Shown: in pieces, positions 61,874 through 64,000 of the stretch
Layout: the number at the start of each line of letters is the position of its first letter
Numbering within the stretch: the stretch's first letter is position 1
Assembly: GCA_026936335.1 (NCBI GenBank)
Contig: JAPMXV010000023.1
Span: forward strand, 1-64,000
Direction of reading: 5' to 3'
Length of the DNA: 64,000 nt
Source of the DNA: Mantamonas sphyraenae STR306
Taxonomy: Eukaryota > Protista > CRuMs
Notes under the pieces: model-generated
Told to the model about the DNA's origin: nothing
Databases searched by the model: none
The model's input: the letters and a program-made list of their open reading frames with translations, nothing else
Translations under genes and position numbers: made by a program

Positions 61874-64000
61874 ATGTCGGCCGAGTTTGCCGACTTTGGC
61901 TATGATGATGACGACTTTGAATCGAGCAGCACCCAGGTGGACTCCATGTCCAAACTGGCTGTGGATCCGCTCCATTCGGCAAGCAGTGCACACTCTGCAG
62001 CCACTGTAGGCTCCACAGGCTCCCTCTCAGCCTCATCCGTCGACTCTCTGCATCTCGATGGCTCCGAGCATGCCTCCCAGCTTCGTGACGAGCAGCTCAA
62101 GCCTACTGTGGGAATGGCGCTCGCCAGGGAGATTGAAGCGCAACCCGAACTTCGTCCACGCCTCCCAAACTCTGTCCGTGCCGCGTCCACGGGCAAGTAT
62201 GCCTTTCCCTACCCCGCGCAACCTCTCCGCAAGTTTACTCTCTATGAAACAGCGACGGTATGTGCGGTGCGCGTGTGCGTGTGTGTCTGTGTGATGGATT
62301 TTGCCGTTTGCCCTCTCGTTGTCATTCCCCGGCCGCGGTTCATCTCCTTCTAACCCCCCAATCTATCCATGCACCCACCTGCTCTGCTAACATGTGCACA
62401 TACACTCTCCAACGCCACCCCGTTGCACAGAAATTCTATCTGGTGGCCTCCAATCGCGCTCGCACGCGCTTCCGGCTGCTGAAAATCGATCGCACCAACC
62501 CAGACGAGCTGGACATTGAAGAGGACCACACTGTGTACGACAAGGAGGGCATTGAGGACGTGTTGACCATGATTGACGGTGCAAACAGCAGACAGGGTGG
62601 TCTGGGCAAGGGAATGCCCGTAGCAGGGTTGCTTGGGTTCATCCGCTTCACCGAGGGCTACTACCTGGTCCTCCTCACCTCCAAAACCAAAGTGGCCCAA
62701 TTGGGTGGACATGACATCTACGCAGTGTCCGACACCAGTCTCGTGTCGCTGAAGCCCAAGACACGATCGCTGTCGCTGAAACTCACCGACGAGTCTCGCT
62801 ACAAGAACATCTTTGAATTGCTGGACCTCACCAAGGACTTTTTCTTCTCCTACACATACGACATGACACATACATTGCAGTTCAACATGAACGGACCCTC
62901 GCGTGCACGACAGCAGCAAATGCAGGCCGCTGTGGATGCCCTGCAGCCTGAAGCCGCCGTCGACGACGTCATCCCGACCTCGCATGCCATGGATATCCAA
63001 CAGCCCCAGAGTGCAGACGCAGATGGCAGCAAAGAGGAGGGGGAGGAAGAAGAACAGGAGAAGAAGGAGAAGGAGGAAGAAGAACAGGAGAAGAAGGAGA
63101 AGGAGAAAGAACCGGAGAAGAAGGAGAAGGAACCGGAGCACCACACCACCACCACCACCACCACCACCACAACCACCACGGCATCCACAGGCCAGGGCAT
63201 GCCGAGTGTGAGCACAATCCAGGACCGTCTATCGGCAGCCAATCTTCCGTACAAGAGCATGTATGTGTGGAATGGGTTCCTGATGGATGACATGCTGCAG
63301 GCGTTTCCGGAGCTGGGCGACTGGTGTTTGCCCATCATTCAGGGCTTTGTGCGCCAGAAGCGTGTGTTTACGTTTGGACGACCGCTGCACATCACGCTAA
63401 TGGCACGGCGTTCGATCTACTATGCAGGCACACGGTATCGCAAGCGTGGGATCAACCACCAGGGCCAGGTGGCGAACGATGTGGAGATCGAACAGATCCT
63501 GCACGAAGGAGGTCGGGAGCCCGAGGAACGGTACGCCTCAATTGTACAGGTGCGAGGCAGCATCCCTCTGTTTTGGTCGCAGGACAACAGTATTGTCGTG
63601 CCCAAACCGGCCATCTTTGTGGAGAAGCACATCGATCCGTTCTTTGACACCACGAGGCTGCACTTCCAGGACCTGTTTGCACGGTATGGAGCACCCATCA
63701 TGGTGTTCAATCTGGTCAAGACGCAGGAAAAGAAACCTCGCGAGGCACTGCTCAACGAGGAGTACCAACACGCCATCGGCTTTCTCAACCGCCAGCTTCC
63801 GCGGGACTTTCAGATCGCCATGGTCAGTTGGGATCTGCATCGTGTGGCCAAAACCAACAAGGAGCAGGTGTTGCCCCAGTGTTGCGAGTTGGCAGAGGGC
63901 ATGATCCGACGCACGGGCTTCTTTTACTCGGGCCCACGCAAGTTTATCAACGTGGTGCGTGACAGCCAAGTGGACACCTCCTCCAGCAGCAGCAGCAGCA
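61874..64000 (+). CDS. FIG4: SAC-domain phosphoinositide phosphatase FIG4 (runs off the window end)
   Basis: KFTLYET|KFYLVASN...RLLKIDRT, GLLGFIRFTEGYYL, DLTKDFFFSYTYD, AGTRYRKRG, VANDVEIEQI, VQVRGSIPLFWSQ. Confidence 0.92.

Overview
Left end of a chromosome from a compact, GC-rich, intron-containing microbial eukaryote, most likely a flagellated protist: it has TTAGGG telomeres, a tubulin polyglutamylase, a CatSper1-like channel, NELF-A and tRNA-Sec. The organism cannot be named from sequence alone. (1) A (TAACCC)n telomere occupies 1-188. (2) About 10.5 kb of subtelomere carries three tandem copies of an unknown, probably nuclear protein built from ~190-aa A/B modules (ABAB, ABAB, AB). The module scaffold is nearly invariant, but three short patches are hypervariable, including a predicted HTH-like recognition helix. 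This is the best candidate for an undescribed system. (3) Facing the array is a minus-strand cluster of two LRR-ankyrin-'LPDE' genes, a STAND-like NTPase-TPR gene whose stop overlaps the next start (TGATG), and a SEL1-RasGAP gene. (4) The rest is densely packed housekeeping genes: PreP, CKS1, GCN2, GH27, ACOX, GRWD1, ankyrin, LRR, calmodulin-like, SKA1, TTLL, EFL1, NELF-A, PPIL2, Ras, CatSper1-like, FIG4 and others. A ~2-kb inverted repeat holds two COX7c-like genes with a tRNA-Sec in the spacer, and there is a 7TM gustatory-receptor-like gene. Six conserved-gene frame breaks are most likely assembly indels. Exon/intron structures were inferred by eye from GT-AG signals and frame continuity, and family assignments come from recalled motifs, not database searches.
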